A stretch of DNA of 64,000 nucleotides. Source: Fibrobacteria bacterium. GTDB lineage: Bacteria > Fibrobacterota > Fibrobacteria > UBA11236. Positions within the stretch are counted from its first letter, which is position 1. Each line of letters starts with the position of its first letter. The DNA is taken from contig JAYTHY010000023.1 in the NCBI GenBank assembly GCA_043732185.1, positions 1 to 64,000 on the forward strand. The letters run 5' to 3'. A program made the position numbers and the translations under genes. The notes under the pieces are model-generated. The model was not told where the DNA came from, ran no database searches, and worked only from the letters and a program-made list of their open reading frames with translations. Shown here piece after piece: positions 49,113-59,158 of this stretch.

Positions 49113-50623
49113 AAACAGTGTTGCTTCGCTACCTCATGTTTCCGCTTTTACTTTTAGCCGGCAGTTTATTTGCGTATCGGCTTATCAATATACCGTCGCG
49201 CGTCGAAACTGCGATTTTCTGCATTGGTTTTTTTCTGATCCCGACTTTGAAATATCCAAAGATTGGAATCTACTATCTATTCTGCCTACCGCTCTTTATA
49301 CCCATGTTCCGCCGCATGTACTACCTCGTATCCGAACGACCAACTGTGGATTACCTTCTTCTCATTTCAGATGGAGTGATGGGCGGATTAATTATAGCGC
49401 TCATATTGCTTTGGTTGATCAATAAGGAAAGATCTAAGGACATTATGTCTATGCTCATCATTTCCTATGTTGCCCTGCTTTTCATCAAGGTATTTATCGG
49501 TAACCATGGCTCAACTATAGAGGGACTGTATGGATTCAAGTTCAATGGACTTTATGTTTTCTTTTTCTTTGGATCGAGCTACATCCTTACCACTTTTAAA
49601 GAGACCAAGGCTGTGTACCTGTACGCTTCCATTCTTTTGCTTATCACAGCCCTATATGGCCTCAAGCAAATTCTCTTTGGTTTCACCGGATTTGAACAAA
49701 AATGGCTCGACTCTATTCAATTTACCACACTACGCATTGAAGGGGTGGTGAGACCTTTTTCTACCTACCTATCCCCTGCCGCCATGTCAGACGGTATGAC
49801 GCTTCTATTCATGTTGGGTATCTATTGGATTACTGAAAGTGGCCGTCGCAAAATGCTGTTGGGAATTACACTGGTATTGGCCAGCATACCACCACTCCTC
49901 ATTGCCACCGTGAGAACCAATTGGATGGCGGTAATAGCCGGACTTTTTTTCTTTTTGTTTTTTTTAAGGCTCAAGAAAACCTGGGTCAAAGTAGCCATCA
50001 TGGTAGTCATGGCCTTGGGACTAGTTGGCTATTCCTTAAAAAGTAGTGGCACGCCACAGTATGCCGCTGTCGCACAACAAAGGAGCAGCGGAAAAAACCT
50101 GACCGACATCATGATCAAGAACCGCACGTCTGGCCTTTCCGACCCATTAGCGGAATACAGTGTGCAGAAACGTATTTCCACCTGGACCAGTATTTACATC
50201 GAATCGAGGATCGTGCCTTTTGGAAAAGGTCAGGGCACTACTGGGTATGCACATAGTTACTATTTCCAGGTGCTCGGCGAAATCGGATATCCCGGAATTC
50301 TGTTATTTCTTTCCATCCTGATTGTTGGATTTTATCGTGGTTTTAAGATTCTGTCTCTTTCCCGTGATCCGGAGATGCAGGAACTCACTCGCCTTTTGCT
50401 GACACTAATATTTATGATTTCATTTCTAAACTTGACGGGGACACATTTGCACACACCACCTGGAGATATTTTCTTCTGGTTTACCCTGGGCACTATTTCG
50501 CGTTTCTATCGTCAAACGCTCACGAACTTGGAAAATTTGAATGGGACTGAAACCAAAGTTTCCGTTTCAACTGAAAAACAGATTGCCACAACTAATGAAA
50601 TCGCCGGTGAAGCTCTTGCGTAA
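49109..50623 (+). CDS. Wzy polymerase / O-antigen ligase family membrane protein
   Basis: Polytopic, with RPFST, ATVRTNW, AHSYYFQVLGEIGYPG. GTG at 49109 preceded by AGGAGGGG. Confidence 0.88.
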   Translation: MKTVLLRYLMFPLLLLAGSLFAYRLINIPSRVETAIFCIGFFLIPTLKYPKIGIYYLFCLPLFIPMFRRMYYLVSERPTVDYLLLISDGVMGGLIIALILLWLINKERSKDIMSMLIISYVALLFIKVFIGNHGSTIEGLYGFKFNGLYVFFFFGSSYILTTFKETKAVYLYASILLLITALYGLKQILFGFTGFEQKWLDSIQFTTLRIEGVVRPFSTYLSPAAMSDGMTLLFMLGIYWITESGRRKMLLGITLVLASIPPLLIATVRTNWMAVIAGLFFFLFFLRLKKTWVKVAIMVVMALGLVGYSLKSSGTPQYAAVAQQRSSGKNLTDIMIKNRTSGLSDPLAEYSVQKRISTWTSIYIESRIVPFGKGQGTTGYAHSYYFQVLGEIGYPGILLFLSILIVGFYRGFKILSLSRDPEMQELTRLLLTLIFMISFLNLTGTHLHTPPGDIFFWFTLGTISRFYRQTLTNLENLNGTETKVSVSTEKQIATTNEIAGEALA

Positions 50624-51737
50624 ACGATTAGCCGTTGTTGGCCATCCCTTGGCCGCTGTGGAAAACCGTGCCGCCTTTGCAGAGTGGTCGACCTTTGACG
50701 TTAGCCTCATTGTACCAAAAGTCTGGAAAGCTCATTCACTAGGAGTCACCTATCAATGCTCGGATTCTGGAGCCGGGTCGCCGGCCGTGAACAATGCCGC
50801 CGGGCTTTATTCCCGACCCGTTCTAGGCAGTGGATACAATTCCTTTTTTTTATGGATTGGATTGGATCACCTGTTACGGAAATTAAAACCGGAAATCATC
50901 TACTGTTGGGAAGAACCTTGGTGCCTTTCCACATGGCAAGTTAGTCGCATAGCCCGTAACCTCGGCGTTCCCTTGGTATTCTATTCGGCGGAAAACAGAT
51001 CCAAGCACCTTCCCTGGCCCTTTACCTGGCTGCAACGCCAAGCCTTTCGATCGTATACGAGCTGTATTGTGCCTACCCAGGAGGTCTCCGCCCGCATTAT
51101 GGAAGCCGGTTATACTGGTACAGTCCAGGTGATTCCTCTCTGGATAAGGCTACGCCGCCAATTGCATGTCGATTCCGATACTCGCCGCCTCGCCTATGTA
51201 GGTCGACTCATTCCCTTAAAGCGCGTCCACTTACTGGTGCAAAGCCTATGCTTACTCCAAGGATTCCAGCTTCGCATTATCGGGGATGGACCGGAGCGTT
51301 CTAATTTAGAGTGGCTGGCACACAACCTTTGTGTAGCGGACCGAATCGAATTTTGCGGTTACATCCACAATAGTGACTTAGAAAAAAGTTTGGAAGGGGT
51401 GGCCCTCTTAGTCCTACCCACAGCAGAAAACGCCAGGCAAGCGGAGCAATTCGGCAAAGCAGCCTTAGAAGGGATCGCATGCGGATTGCCGGTGTTGGCG
51501 AGTCGAACAGGAAATCTGGCAACCTTATCACAATCCCTACCGACGCTGGTGGCCGTGAACCTTGATTCCGCCGAACAAATGGCCGAAGCTGTGAATGGCA
51601 TTTGGAATAGTTTTCCAAGTCAGGAAAATTTGAATCAAGCTCGTGATCAAGTGCAAAAAAAATATAGTGCATCCGCAGTGGGCCATAGTCTGGAAGCCGC
51701 TTTCGCTACATTGTTGCCAGGAGCAAAGCTATCGTGA
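50595..51737 (+). CDS. Glycosyltransferase family 4 (start uncertain)
   Basis: YVGRLIPLKR, EQFGKAALEGIACG. Confidence 0.88.
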   Translation: MKSPVKLLRKRLAVVGHPLAAVENRAAFAEWSTFDVSLIVPKVWKAHSLGVTYQCSDSGAGSPAVNNAAGLYSRPVLGSGYNSFFLWIGLDHLLRKLKPEIIYCWEEPWCLSTWQVSRIARNLGVPLVFYSAENRSKHLPWPFTWLQRQAFRSYTSCIVPTQEVSARIMEAGYTGTVQVIPLWIRLRRQLHVDSDTRRLAYVGRLIPLKRVHLLVQSLCLLQGFQLRIIGDGPERSNLEWLAHNLCVADRIEFCGYIHNSDLEKSLEGVALLVLPTAENARQAEQFGKAALEGIACGLPVLASRTGNLATLSQSLPTLVAVNLDSAEQMAEAVNGIWNSFPSQENLNQARDQVQKKYSASAVGHSLEAAFATLLPGAKLS

Positions 51738-52915
51738 TCCGAAGCAATAGTTTCAGCCGCGCATTAGAAAACATGGCCGTAAAAACATCCATGGCCATCC
51801 TTAAAATATTGGAGAAGGGTAAACCTAAGGCGCAAAAACCAACCGGCGAACACCGTGTGCTTATTTGCAAATGGTGTTGCATGGGAGATGCCATTCTCAG
51901 CCTATATGCCATTCGGGAATTCAAACGTCTCCACGGCAATATCCACATTGAAATGTTGGTCTCGTCGCGAATTGCGGAAGTGTACCGCACGTCTCCGGAC
52001 ATCGACAGGGTATATGTATTACCCGTTACCGGCAGACGCCTGTTGCTTGAACTCATCAACCCGCGCCTATGGTTCCGCTTCTCCTCCATGATTTTTCATT
52101 TACGAGGTCGTCGGTTCGCTCAATTCATCGATTTGGAGCTCTATCGCGGCACAGGCCCATTCCTAAAGCGGCTGTTTGGCATTCCGTACTCTCGTGGCTT
52201 CCAAGTTCAGGGTGCCCTACCCAAGCATCACGATTTCGAAGTCCCGCGAGCGCGCAATATGCTTGAATGGCAATGTTTTTATCTGATATTGGGCCTGGAC
52301 ATTCCTGTCCATAACCCCGCGCCATTGTATAGTCGAAACGAAACGAACACCGTAAAGGGAGAAAAACGCATCGGTATCGTTTACGGTTCCTCTTTCAATT
52401 GGCCCCAGAAAAAATGGCCCCGTGAATTTTTCGCTGAAACCATATTCATACTGGCTAAAGAGGGTTATACATTCCTGTTATTCGGGGATACCCTAGAAAG
52501 AAAAGATAGCGCATGGATAATGGAAAAATGCCGCAGCATGAGTGTAGAACCCGGTAAGTTACTAGACTTAGACGCAGGTACTCTAAGAGATACTACGGGA
52601 ACCCTGGATTTTTTCGGACTCCAGCGCGAAGTGTCCACCTGTGATTTGATTTTTGGAAATGATACAGGAACGCTGCACTTGGCTGCGGCATGTGGAATTC
52701 CGACCATAACGCTATTTGGGCCGACCGACCCAGACAAATGGAACGGCTTAACCTCGACCCCACTATTTTTACCTGACTTGGCCTGCCGACCCTGCTATTA
52801 CCTGGGAAGTATGCCACCTTGTAGTCATTTTTCCTGCCTGAGACAATTGGCTCCTGTAAGAGTAGTTGAACAAATTCGCAGCCTGCTCCCAGTGGCCCCG
52901 TTTTCCAATTCCTAA
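51734..52915 (+). CDS. Glycosyltransferase family 9 (heptosyltransferase-like)
   Basis: MGDAIL, KKWP, GNDTGTLHLAAA, LFGPT, CRPC...C....C. Confidence 0.9.
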   Translation: MIRSNSFSRALENMAVKTSMAILKILEKGKPKAQKPTGEHRVLICKWCCMGDAILSLYAIREFKRLHGNIHIEMLVSSRIAEVYRTSPDIDRVYVLPVTGRRLLLELINPRLWFRFSSMIFHLRGRRFAQFIDLELYRGTGPFLKRLFGIPYSRGFQVQGALPKHHDFEVPRARNMLEWQCFYLILGLDIPVHNPAPLYSRNETNTVKGEKRIGIVYGSSFNWPQKKWPREFFAETIFILAKEGYTFLLFGDTLERKDSAWIMEKCRSMSVEPGKLLDLDAGTLRDTTGTLDFFGLQREVSTCDLIFGNDTGTLHLAAACGIPTITLFGPTDPDKWNGLTSTPLFLPDLACRPCYYLGSMPPCSHFSCLRQLAPVRVVEQIRSLLPVAPFSNS

Positions 52916-52967
52916 ATAAAGCAAAGTCTTGCAAAAACTGCCCGGCCCCTTTCGCATTTAAGGCTAA

Positions 52968-53009
52968 ATTTGAAAGGCTGGCAGAGCCATTTGAAGGGCT
53001 GGAAGGGCC
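52968..53009. repeat. Two tandem imperfect 21 bp repeats upstream of mltG
   Basis: ATTTGAAAGGCTGGCAGAGCC and ATTTGAAGGGCTGGAAGGGCC (18/21 identical). Confidence 0.75.
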
Positions 53010-53028
53010 AAAAGGGTTTTAATTTACC

Positions 53029-54126
53029 ATGGTAAATCGAAAAAAAAAGGGCTTTTCAGTTTCAAAGAGTATGGTTCTTTTCATTATTCTCGCGGGAAGC
53101 ATTCTGTACCTGACTTTCCTGCTCACGCAAAAATCAACACCTAAACCTACCCTGGAAACGGGACTGGAAATCGATCCAAAATCTGGATTCATTCTGTACC
53201 AAGTGGCAGCAAATGCCAATTTGACTAGCGTTGCGCAAGACATGGAATCCAAGGGGTTGATTGTAAGCGCCAGGGCTTTCAAATATTTCTTGATCGCCTC
53301 TCGCCAGGATAAAAAAATCAGAGCTGGTTATTTTTACATCAAGCCATCAAACTCGATAGTGGATTTGGTATGGAAACTGACAAGTGGTAAAATGGCCACC
53401 CAAACCGTCACCATTCCAGAAGGAAAAACGTCCTGGGAAATATTCTCGATTCTCCATTCCCGCTTTTCCCTTGACAGCGTGAAGTTCGACTCCTTGGTGC
53501 ATGCGCCCGATTTCGTCCATGGCTTAAAAATAGATGCCACATCATTGGAAGGTTACCTTTTTCCAGACACCTACGTGTTACCCTGGAAGGTTACGGAGCG
53601 TGACGTCATAAAAGTAATGGTTGGCCGTTTCCATGAGGTGAGTCAAGAATTCGACCGTCAAGGTCCTGTTTATTCCAAGTACCATGAACTGGGTTGGCTA
53701 ACTTTGGCATCGATAGTCGAAAAGGAGGCTGCCGTAGCCGCCGAACAAGGAATCATCGCTGGCGTATTCTATAATCGACTGCGACTGGGATGGAGCCTGG
53801 GAGCCGACCCAACGGTGCGCTTCGCGGTTCGCAAACCCACCGGCCCCCTTTTCGTTTCGGATTTGGATAACAATTCGCCGTATAATACCAGGAAATATAC
53901 AGGGTTACCCCCAGGGCCAATTTGCAATCCAGGGCGCGGAGCCTTGCGGGCCGCCTTGAATCCACTTGTGACGGACAAAATGTTTTTTGTTGCCAAAGAC
54001 AACGGATCCCGGGAACATTTTTTCTCTGTAGACAATCCCGAACACTTACGGTTTAAAGCGATGGCTGCGGCCAACCGATTACAACGCAATGCGCCCAAGC
54101 CAAAAGCAGGACGCGACCACCGGTAA
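53029..54126 (+). CDS. mltG: Endolytic transglycosylase MltG
   Basis: TIPEG, LEGYLFPDTY, LASIVEKE, NRL, ADPT, SPYNT, GLPPGPICNPG. Confidence 0.95.
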   Translation: MVNRKKKGFSVSKSMVLFIILAGSILYLTFLLTQKSTPKPTLETGLEIDPKSGFILYQVAANANLTSVAQDMESKGLIVSARAFKYFLIASRQDKKIRAGYFYIKPSNSIVDLVWKLTSGKMATQTVTIPEGKTSWEIFSILHSRFSLDSVKFDSLVHAPDFVHGLKIDATSLEGYLFPDTYVLPWKVTERDVIKVMVGRFHEVSQEFDRQGPVYSKYHELGWLTLASIVEKEAAVAAEQGIIAGVFYNRLRLGWSLGADPTVRFAVRKPTGPLFVSDLDNNSPYNTRKYTGLPPGPICNPGRGALRAALNPLVTDKMFFVAKDNGSREHFFSVDNPEHLRFKAMAAANRLQRNAPKPKAGRDHR

Positions 54127-54148
54127 TCTAGTCTAATTAAAAATCGAG

Positions 54149-55159
54149 TCAGCCCGAGCGATCTGTCATCAGTCGACAGAGTTTTCGAAGGTGCTGGGAC
54201 GAGGAATTGTCTGGCAGGCTATCCAAGAACGGCATACACGCACTAATCTTGGCAATGGCAATCTCTCTAGCCCTTTGAAAGGCCATATTCGCTTCGAGCA
54301 TGGCATTGATGCTCAACTGACTGCTTTCCAATTCCGAAGAAGCCAGCAAGGTTAACATCCGTTTACGTTCATCCAAATCACAGGACGAAAAAAACAGGAT
54401 GAGCGGCAGGGTAAAATAACCATTTTTTAGATCCGAAAAAGTGCGCTTGTCCAGGTTTTCGGCGCCATATCCGAAGTCCAATAGGTCATCGATGATCTGG
54501 AAAGCCATGCCAAAGTTTCTGCCCACCTCGGCTCCGGCGCGAACCATGTCTTCATCAAATCCTGCCAAGATGGCACCACATTCCCCACAAGCTTGAAGCA
54601 GGGCCGCTGTTTTGCCTTCAATCACCGAAAAATACTGGGCCAGAGAAAGCTCTGCGTTATGTGCTTGGTCCACTTCTAACACTTCGGCCACAATCAAACG
54701 GCTGGAAGCCTTGCTTAAACTTAAAGGTAGGCGATGGTCGCGGTCACTCCAAATCATTTCCATGGATTTGGCCAGCGTATAATCACCAAGTAGGACAGCA
54801 GTGCGATTGCCCCATCGCTGATGAGCCGTCTTCTCATTGCGTCTTAAATCACTGTCATCGATAATATCATCATGCACAAGGGAGGCGAGATGGATGAATT
54901 CAATGGCGGCGGAAACACGCACGGTTCTATCAAACTGCCAGTCGCGGCCGGAAGAGGCCATGAGCAACAGAAAGGTGGAGCGAATTCGTTTACCGCGTCT
55001 GAGCAGTAAGGCATTCAACTGACCTGCAAGTTTGCCAGGAGCATTATCAGCCACTTGAAGCATCACCCGATGGACTTCGTCCAAGCCGGTGCCGACACAA
55101 TTCCGAGCCTCCTTGAGCACTTGCTCGTAGGACAGTTCCTTGGTCAGTAAATTGCTCAC
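54149..55159 (-). CDS. Long-chain polyprenyl diphosphate synthase (IspB/HepT-like)
   Basis: GKRIR, ASLVHDDIID..RR, KTA, FQIIDDLLD. Confidence 0.93.
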   Translation of the reverse strand: MSNLLTKELSYEQVLKEARNCVGTGLDEVHRVMLQVADNAPGKLAGQLNALLLRRGKRIRSTFLLLMASSGRDWQFDRTVRVSAAIEFIHLASLVHDDIIDDSDLRRNEKTAHQRWGNRTAVLLGDYTLAKSMEMIWSDRDHRLPLSLSKASSRLIVAEVLEVDQAHNAELSLAQYFSVIEGKTAALLQACGECGAILAGFDEDMVRAGAEVGRNFGMAFQIIDDLLDFGYGAENLDKRTFSDLKNGYFTLPLILFFSSCDLDERKRMLTLLASSELESSQLSINAMLEANMAFQRAREIAIAKISACMPFLDSLPDNSSSQHLRKLCRLMTDRSG

Positions 55160-55300
55160 TCCGGCTCCCTTAATGCTGAAACGCGGCCCGTATGGCCGCG
55201 AACAGGAACGTAGTTTTAATATAATAACTGACCTTCAGGTCTGGGAAAATGTGCCTATATTTGCGGCTCATATTGGGCCGGAAAGAATGGAACGGTACGC

Positions 55301-56152
55301 TTGGGAACCTATTGGTGGATATACTTCGCAACACTTCCGGCTCAAATTGAGTTGGACCAGAGTCAGCTATTTGAATTAGGAGCGACTGGAGTCGAAGAAC
55401 TTGAAGAAACTCAAACTCCCGTGTCGAGTAAAATTTTTCTCAAGGCTTTTTTTGCTAGCCAGGAATCCCAAACAGAAGCTCTGCGGTACTTTCGCGAGCG
55501 GCCCGGGCTTGAAGGCGGCCAAGGAAAAATTGAGGATTGGGACCGTAGTTGGCGGGAACGCCAGACACCAGTAGAGGTTACCTCATCCTTGGTGGTCGTG
55601 CCTCCTTGGATTCTGGCACCGGAGGCCTTCAAGCATGTCATCCGTCTCGAAGCCAAAATGGCATTTGGTACCGGCTCGCATGAAACCACCCGAATCGCTG
55701 CCCGGCTCATTGAAACTCTACCTGCCATCCCCAAAACCGTATTGGATATTGGCACGGGTACTGGACTTTTAGCGCTCTATGCAGGAATTTTGGGTAGTTC
55801 CGAGATTTTGGCTTTGGATATCGACCCTGTGGTGGGTCCGTGTCTAAATGAAAATCTGGCACTCAATCCCTTGCCTGCTTCTTGTCGATTCCGAACTCTG
55901 ATCAGCGAAACCGCCGCGCTCAAATCCAAAACCAAGTTCGACCTTGTCATCTGCAACATGATACGCACCGAACTTTGGCCGTTTAGGGAGGAACTTCGCT
56001 CGCGATTGTCACCAACCGGCCATTTCGTGGTCTCCGGGCAAAGACTGGAAGACAAACCCCATTTCGAAGCCTGGCGCGCTGAATCGCCATTTAAAATAGT
56101 ATCTGAATTGGAAATGGATGGTTGGTGGGGTTTCTCCGCCATTTTGTGCTAA
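55301..56152 (+). CDS. prmA: Ribosomal protein L11 methyltransferase
   Basis: DWDRSW, VPPW, MAFGTGSHETT, LDIGTGTG, DID. Confidence 0.9.
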   Translation: MGTYWWIYFATLPAQIELDQSQLFELGATGVEELEETQTPVSSKIFLKAFFASQESQTEALRYFRERPGLEGGQGKIEDWDRSWRERQTPVEVTSSLVVVPPWILAPEAFKHVIRLEAKMAFGTGSHETTRIAARLIETLPAIPKTVLDIGTGTGLLALYAGILGSSEILALDIDPVVGPCLNENLALNPLPASCRFRTLISETAALKSKTKFDLVICNMIRTELWPFREELRSRLSPTGHFVVSGQRLEDKPHFEAWRAESPFKIVSELEMDGWWGFSAILC

Positions 56153-56162
56153 ATTTTTGATC

Positions 56163-57200
56163 ATGATAGCAACACTAAAAAATCGTTCCTTACTCGATGC
56201 CGCACTTGGTCTGGTCCCGGATCATAGTCCTGTTTGGATAATGCGCCAAGCTGGCAGGTATCTTGCGGATTACCGCAAAGTCCGTGCCTTGTTCCCGTCC
56301 TTTATGGATTTTTGCCGCTCACCGGAACATGTTGCAGAAGTCACCATTCAACCTGTTGATCAAATCGGCGTGGACGCGGCTATTTTATTTTCGGATATCT
56401 TGGTCCTTTTACCTCCCATGGGATTGGAGCTCGAGTTCAAGGAGAACAAAGGTCCCGTGATTGCAAATCCATTACGCAGTGATGCGATGATTGCAGCCTT
56501 GCCATCAGGAAATCTGAATACAGAACTGAATTATGTTTTTGAGGGTATCCGGCTTACCAAACGCGCCTTGGATGGACGCGTGCCCTTGATAGGTTTTGCG
56601 GGTGGACCGTTTACTGTTGCATCCTATATGGTGGAAGGCGGATCATCCAAAGAATTGGCGAAGCTGAAAGCCTTGCTATTTACCCGGCCCGAGATGTTCA
56701 AGCTCCTAATGACCAAGCTATCAACGGTTACAGCTGCCTATTTATGCGAACAGATCCGAGCCGGTGTGGACGTGATAACGATTATGGATTCGTGGGCCGG
56801 TTACCTCTCTCCAGAGGATTACCAGGAATATGTTTTTCCACATACCCGATCAATTGTCCTGGCCGTAAGAGAATCGTATCCCAATATTCCAATTATTCAT
56901 TATGCCAATGGCGCACCTACTTTGTTGCCGCACTTTGTTGCCTTAGACGTAAATGTGGTGGGCTTGGACTGGAGAGTGAATTTGTCCGATGTGCTCAAGG
57001 CCTATCCCGGCCAAGTATTTCAAGGAAATATGGATCCCTGCATGCTGTATGCGGATCCAAAACGAATTGCCGACAAAGTCGCCTCTATGAAAACTGCAGT
57101 TGGTACTCGACCTCACATTTTCAATCTTGGCCATGGCATTCTTCCCGATATACCGGTTGAAAACGCCCGAGCCTTTGTACAGGCCGTGCAAGGCAAGTGA
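56163..57200 (+). CDS. hemE: Uroporphyrinogen decarboxylase
   Basis: PVWIMRQAGRY, AAILFSDIL, LIGFAGGPFT, QGNMDP, FNLGHGI. Confidence 0.97.
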   Translation: MIATLKNRSLLDAALGLVPDHSPVWIMRQAGRYLADYRKVRALFPSFMDFCRSPEHVAEVTIQPVDQIGVDAAILFSDILVLLPPMGLELEFKENKGPVIANPLRSDAMIAALPSGNLNTELNYVFEGIRLTKRALDGRVPLIGFAGGPFTVASYMVEGGSSKELAKLKALLFTRPEMFKLLMTKLSTVTAAYLCEQIRAGVDVITIMDSWAGYLSPEDYQEYVFPHTRSIVLAVRESYPNIPIIHYANGAPTLLPHFVALDVNVVGLDWRVNLSDVLKAYPGQVFQGNMDPCMLYADPKRIADKVASMKTAVGTRPHIFNLGHGILPDIPVENARAFVQAVQGK

Positions 57201-57211
57201 AGTCTCCGCTT

Positions 57212-58297
57212 TTAGCGGATGATCAGCATTGCGTCTCCGTAGCTGAATAGGCGATAGCCTATTTGAAAAGCTTCCGCGTACAATTTTTTCGCCCGGTCCG
57301 TGCCAAGCAGACTGCAAACCAAAATGAAAAGTGTGGACTTGGGCCAATGAAAGTTGGTTAGCAGCCCATCCACTCCCTTCCAACTATACCCGGGATAAAT
57401 AAAAATCTTTGTCTCTCCGCGACCCGGCACAAAAAGTGCTTCTACGGGGCCGAGTGCTTGGGATTCCAGGACTCGGGCGACTGTGGTTCCTACAGCCCAG
57501 ACTTTGCCTCCACCACTGCGAACAGCATTCAGTTTTGCTGCAGATTCTTGCGTAAACTCAAAATGCTCGGCGTGCATGGTATGGTCCTTTAACGATTCCC
57601 CTTTCACCGGCTGAAAAGTTCCAGCTCCAACATGCAGCGTTACTTTTACAATCGTGACGCCACGTGCTTCTATAGCGGACAATATTGGTTCACTAAAATG
57701 GAGGCTGGCTGTAGGCGCGGCCACCGAACCTAGTTTGACTGCAAAGACGCTTTGGTACGAGACATCATCTATGGAATTCGTTTCCCGCTTAATATAGGGT
57801 GGCAGAGGAATTTCCCCAACCGTTTCCAGTTCGGACAAAAATGCAGTAGCATCCATTTCAAAATCCAAATGGCGCGTACCGTCCTCGAGTACTTTTGAAA
57901 CCGTTCCAACAAGCTGGGTTGAAAAGGTGATACGATCCCCTAGCTGAAATCGTTTGGCCGGTTTAACCATCGCCGACCAGCGGCTCAAGACATGTCCTGC
58001 ACCACTTGTATCAGGAACGTTGTCCAAATCAGGACCACTGATCGATGCCAACAGCAGCACTTCCACTTTTGCACCAGAAGCCGTTTTACCTTTTAGTCTT
58101 GCCCGAAGCACGCGTGTGTCATTGAGAACTAATGCGTCTCCCTTTTGCATATAGTCCCCAAATTTGGCCGTTTGGGAATGTACAGGTTCGGATGCCCCAT
58201 TTTGGCTAACAACCATTAAGCGAGCCTCTCCCCTGGCAACAGGCGCATAGGCGATTAATTCTTTTGGGAACAGGAAATCGAAATCCGCAGTTCGCAT
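57212..58297 (-). CDS. queA: tRNA preQ1 S-adenosylmethionine ribosyltransferase-isomerase
   Basis: NDTRV, PLPPYI, GSVAAPTA, TLHVGAGTF, AVGTT, TNFH, FSYGD. Start set at MRTADFD. Confidence 0.97.
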   Translation of the reverse strand: MRTADFDFLFPKELIAYAPVARGEARLMVVSQNGASEPVHSQTAKFGDYMQKGDALVLNDTRVLRARLKGKTASGAKVEVLLLASISGPDLDNVPDTSGAGHVLSRWSAMVKPAKRFQLGDRITFSTQLVGTVSKVLEDGTRHLDFEMDATAFLSELETVGEIPLPPYIKRETNSIDDVSYQSVFAVKLGSVAAPTASLHFSEPILSAIEARGVTIVKVTLHVGAGTFQPVKGESLKDHTMHAEHFEFTQESAAKLNAVRSGGGKVWAVGTTVARVLESQALGPVEALFVPGRGETKIFIYPGYSWKGVDGLLTNFHWPKSTLFILVCSLLGTDRAKKLYAEAFQIGYRLFSYGDAMLIIR

Positions 58298-58402
58298 TAT
58301 TTTCCAAAATAAAGTCGATTGAAGGTGGCCGGAGTCGGATAATATAGTCAAGATGGTGGGCTTTAGTCCAAAGCCCACCAACTCAGGAATAGGGATTGGT
58401 AT

Positions 58403-59158
58403 ATGCAAAGAACTCGAGCATTTTTCTCTGGATCCTTTTGTAACGGAAAGGGTATTGAAATAGGCGCCTTACACCACCCTTTTCCCCTCCCTCCAAATGC
58501 TCAAGTTCGCTATATGGATCGATTAGGAATCGAGGACCTTAGAAAACAGTATCCGGAATTGAACAATGAGGTTTTGGTGCCTGTCGATATCATCGACGAT
58601 GGCGAAACCTTGAAATCACTTTCAGATGGACAAGAAGATTTTATCATCGCTTCACAATTTTTGGAACATTGTGAAAACCCTATTCGCGCCCTGATAAATA
58701 TGCTACGGGTGGTGAAGGACAAGGGCATTGTACTACTGACCATTCCAGATATGCGCGCCACTTTTGACAGTAAGCGGCCGCTTACCAGCAACACGCACCT
58801 CATTGAAGAATGCTATTTCGGAACAGAAAAAACCAAACACGAACATTTCTTGGAGTTCACCAGGTTAGTCGTCGGTATCGATGATCCTTTCGAGGCGGAA
58901 AAATATGCCGTCGAATTGCAGGCACGCAAATACAGCATTCATTTTCATGTATGGGATCCGGACTCCTTCATTAAATTTTTGTTTTTCACCAAAGAAAGTT
59001 TTCACCTCCCCTTTGAAATTTATGCGACTTTCATGAACGCGGAAGAATTGATTGTGGTTTTGAAAAAGAGTGTGCCTAAGGCTTTACCGAACGACTCGGC
59101 TTTGACCGCTTCCGCATCGGCGCTGCCTTTGGAGCCGGCTTGGCAACCTCTCCCGTAA
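58403..59158 (+). CDS. Class I SAM-dependent methyltransferase-domain protein (type often linked to polysaccharide loci)
   Basis: GIEIGALH, DFIIASQFLEHCENP, IPD..TFD..R, HFHVW. Confidence 0.82.
   Translation: MQRTRAFFSGSFCNGKGIEIGALHHPFPLPPNAQVRYMDRLGIEDLRKQYPELNNEVLVPVDIIDDGETLKSLSDGQEDFIIASQFLEHCENPIRALINMLRVVKDKGIVLLTIPDMRATFDSKRPLTSNTHLIEECYFGTEKTKHEHFLEFTRLVVGIDDPFEAEKYAVELQARKYSIHFHVWDPDSFIKFLFFTKESFHLPFEIYATFMNAEELIVVLKKSVPKALPNDSALTASASALPLEPAWQPLP

Noticed and set aside
53040..53048. A9 tract at the mltG 5' end as a phase-variation site
   Set aside because: It is in frame and encodes the usual basic residues before a TM helix.
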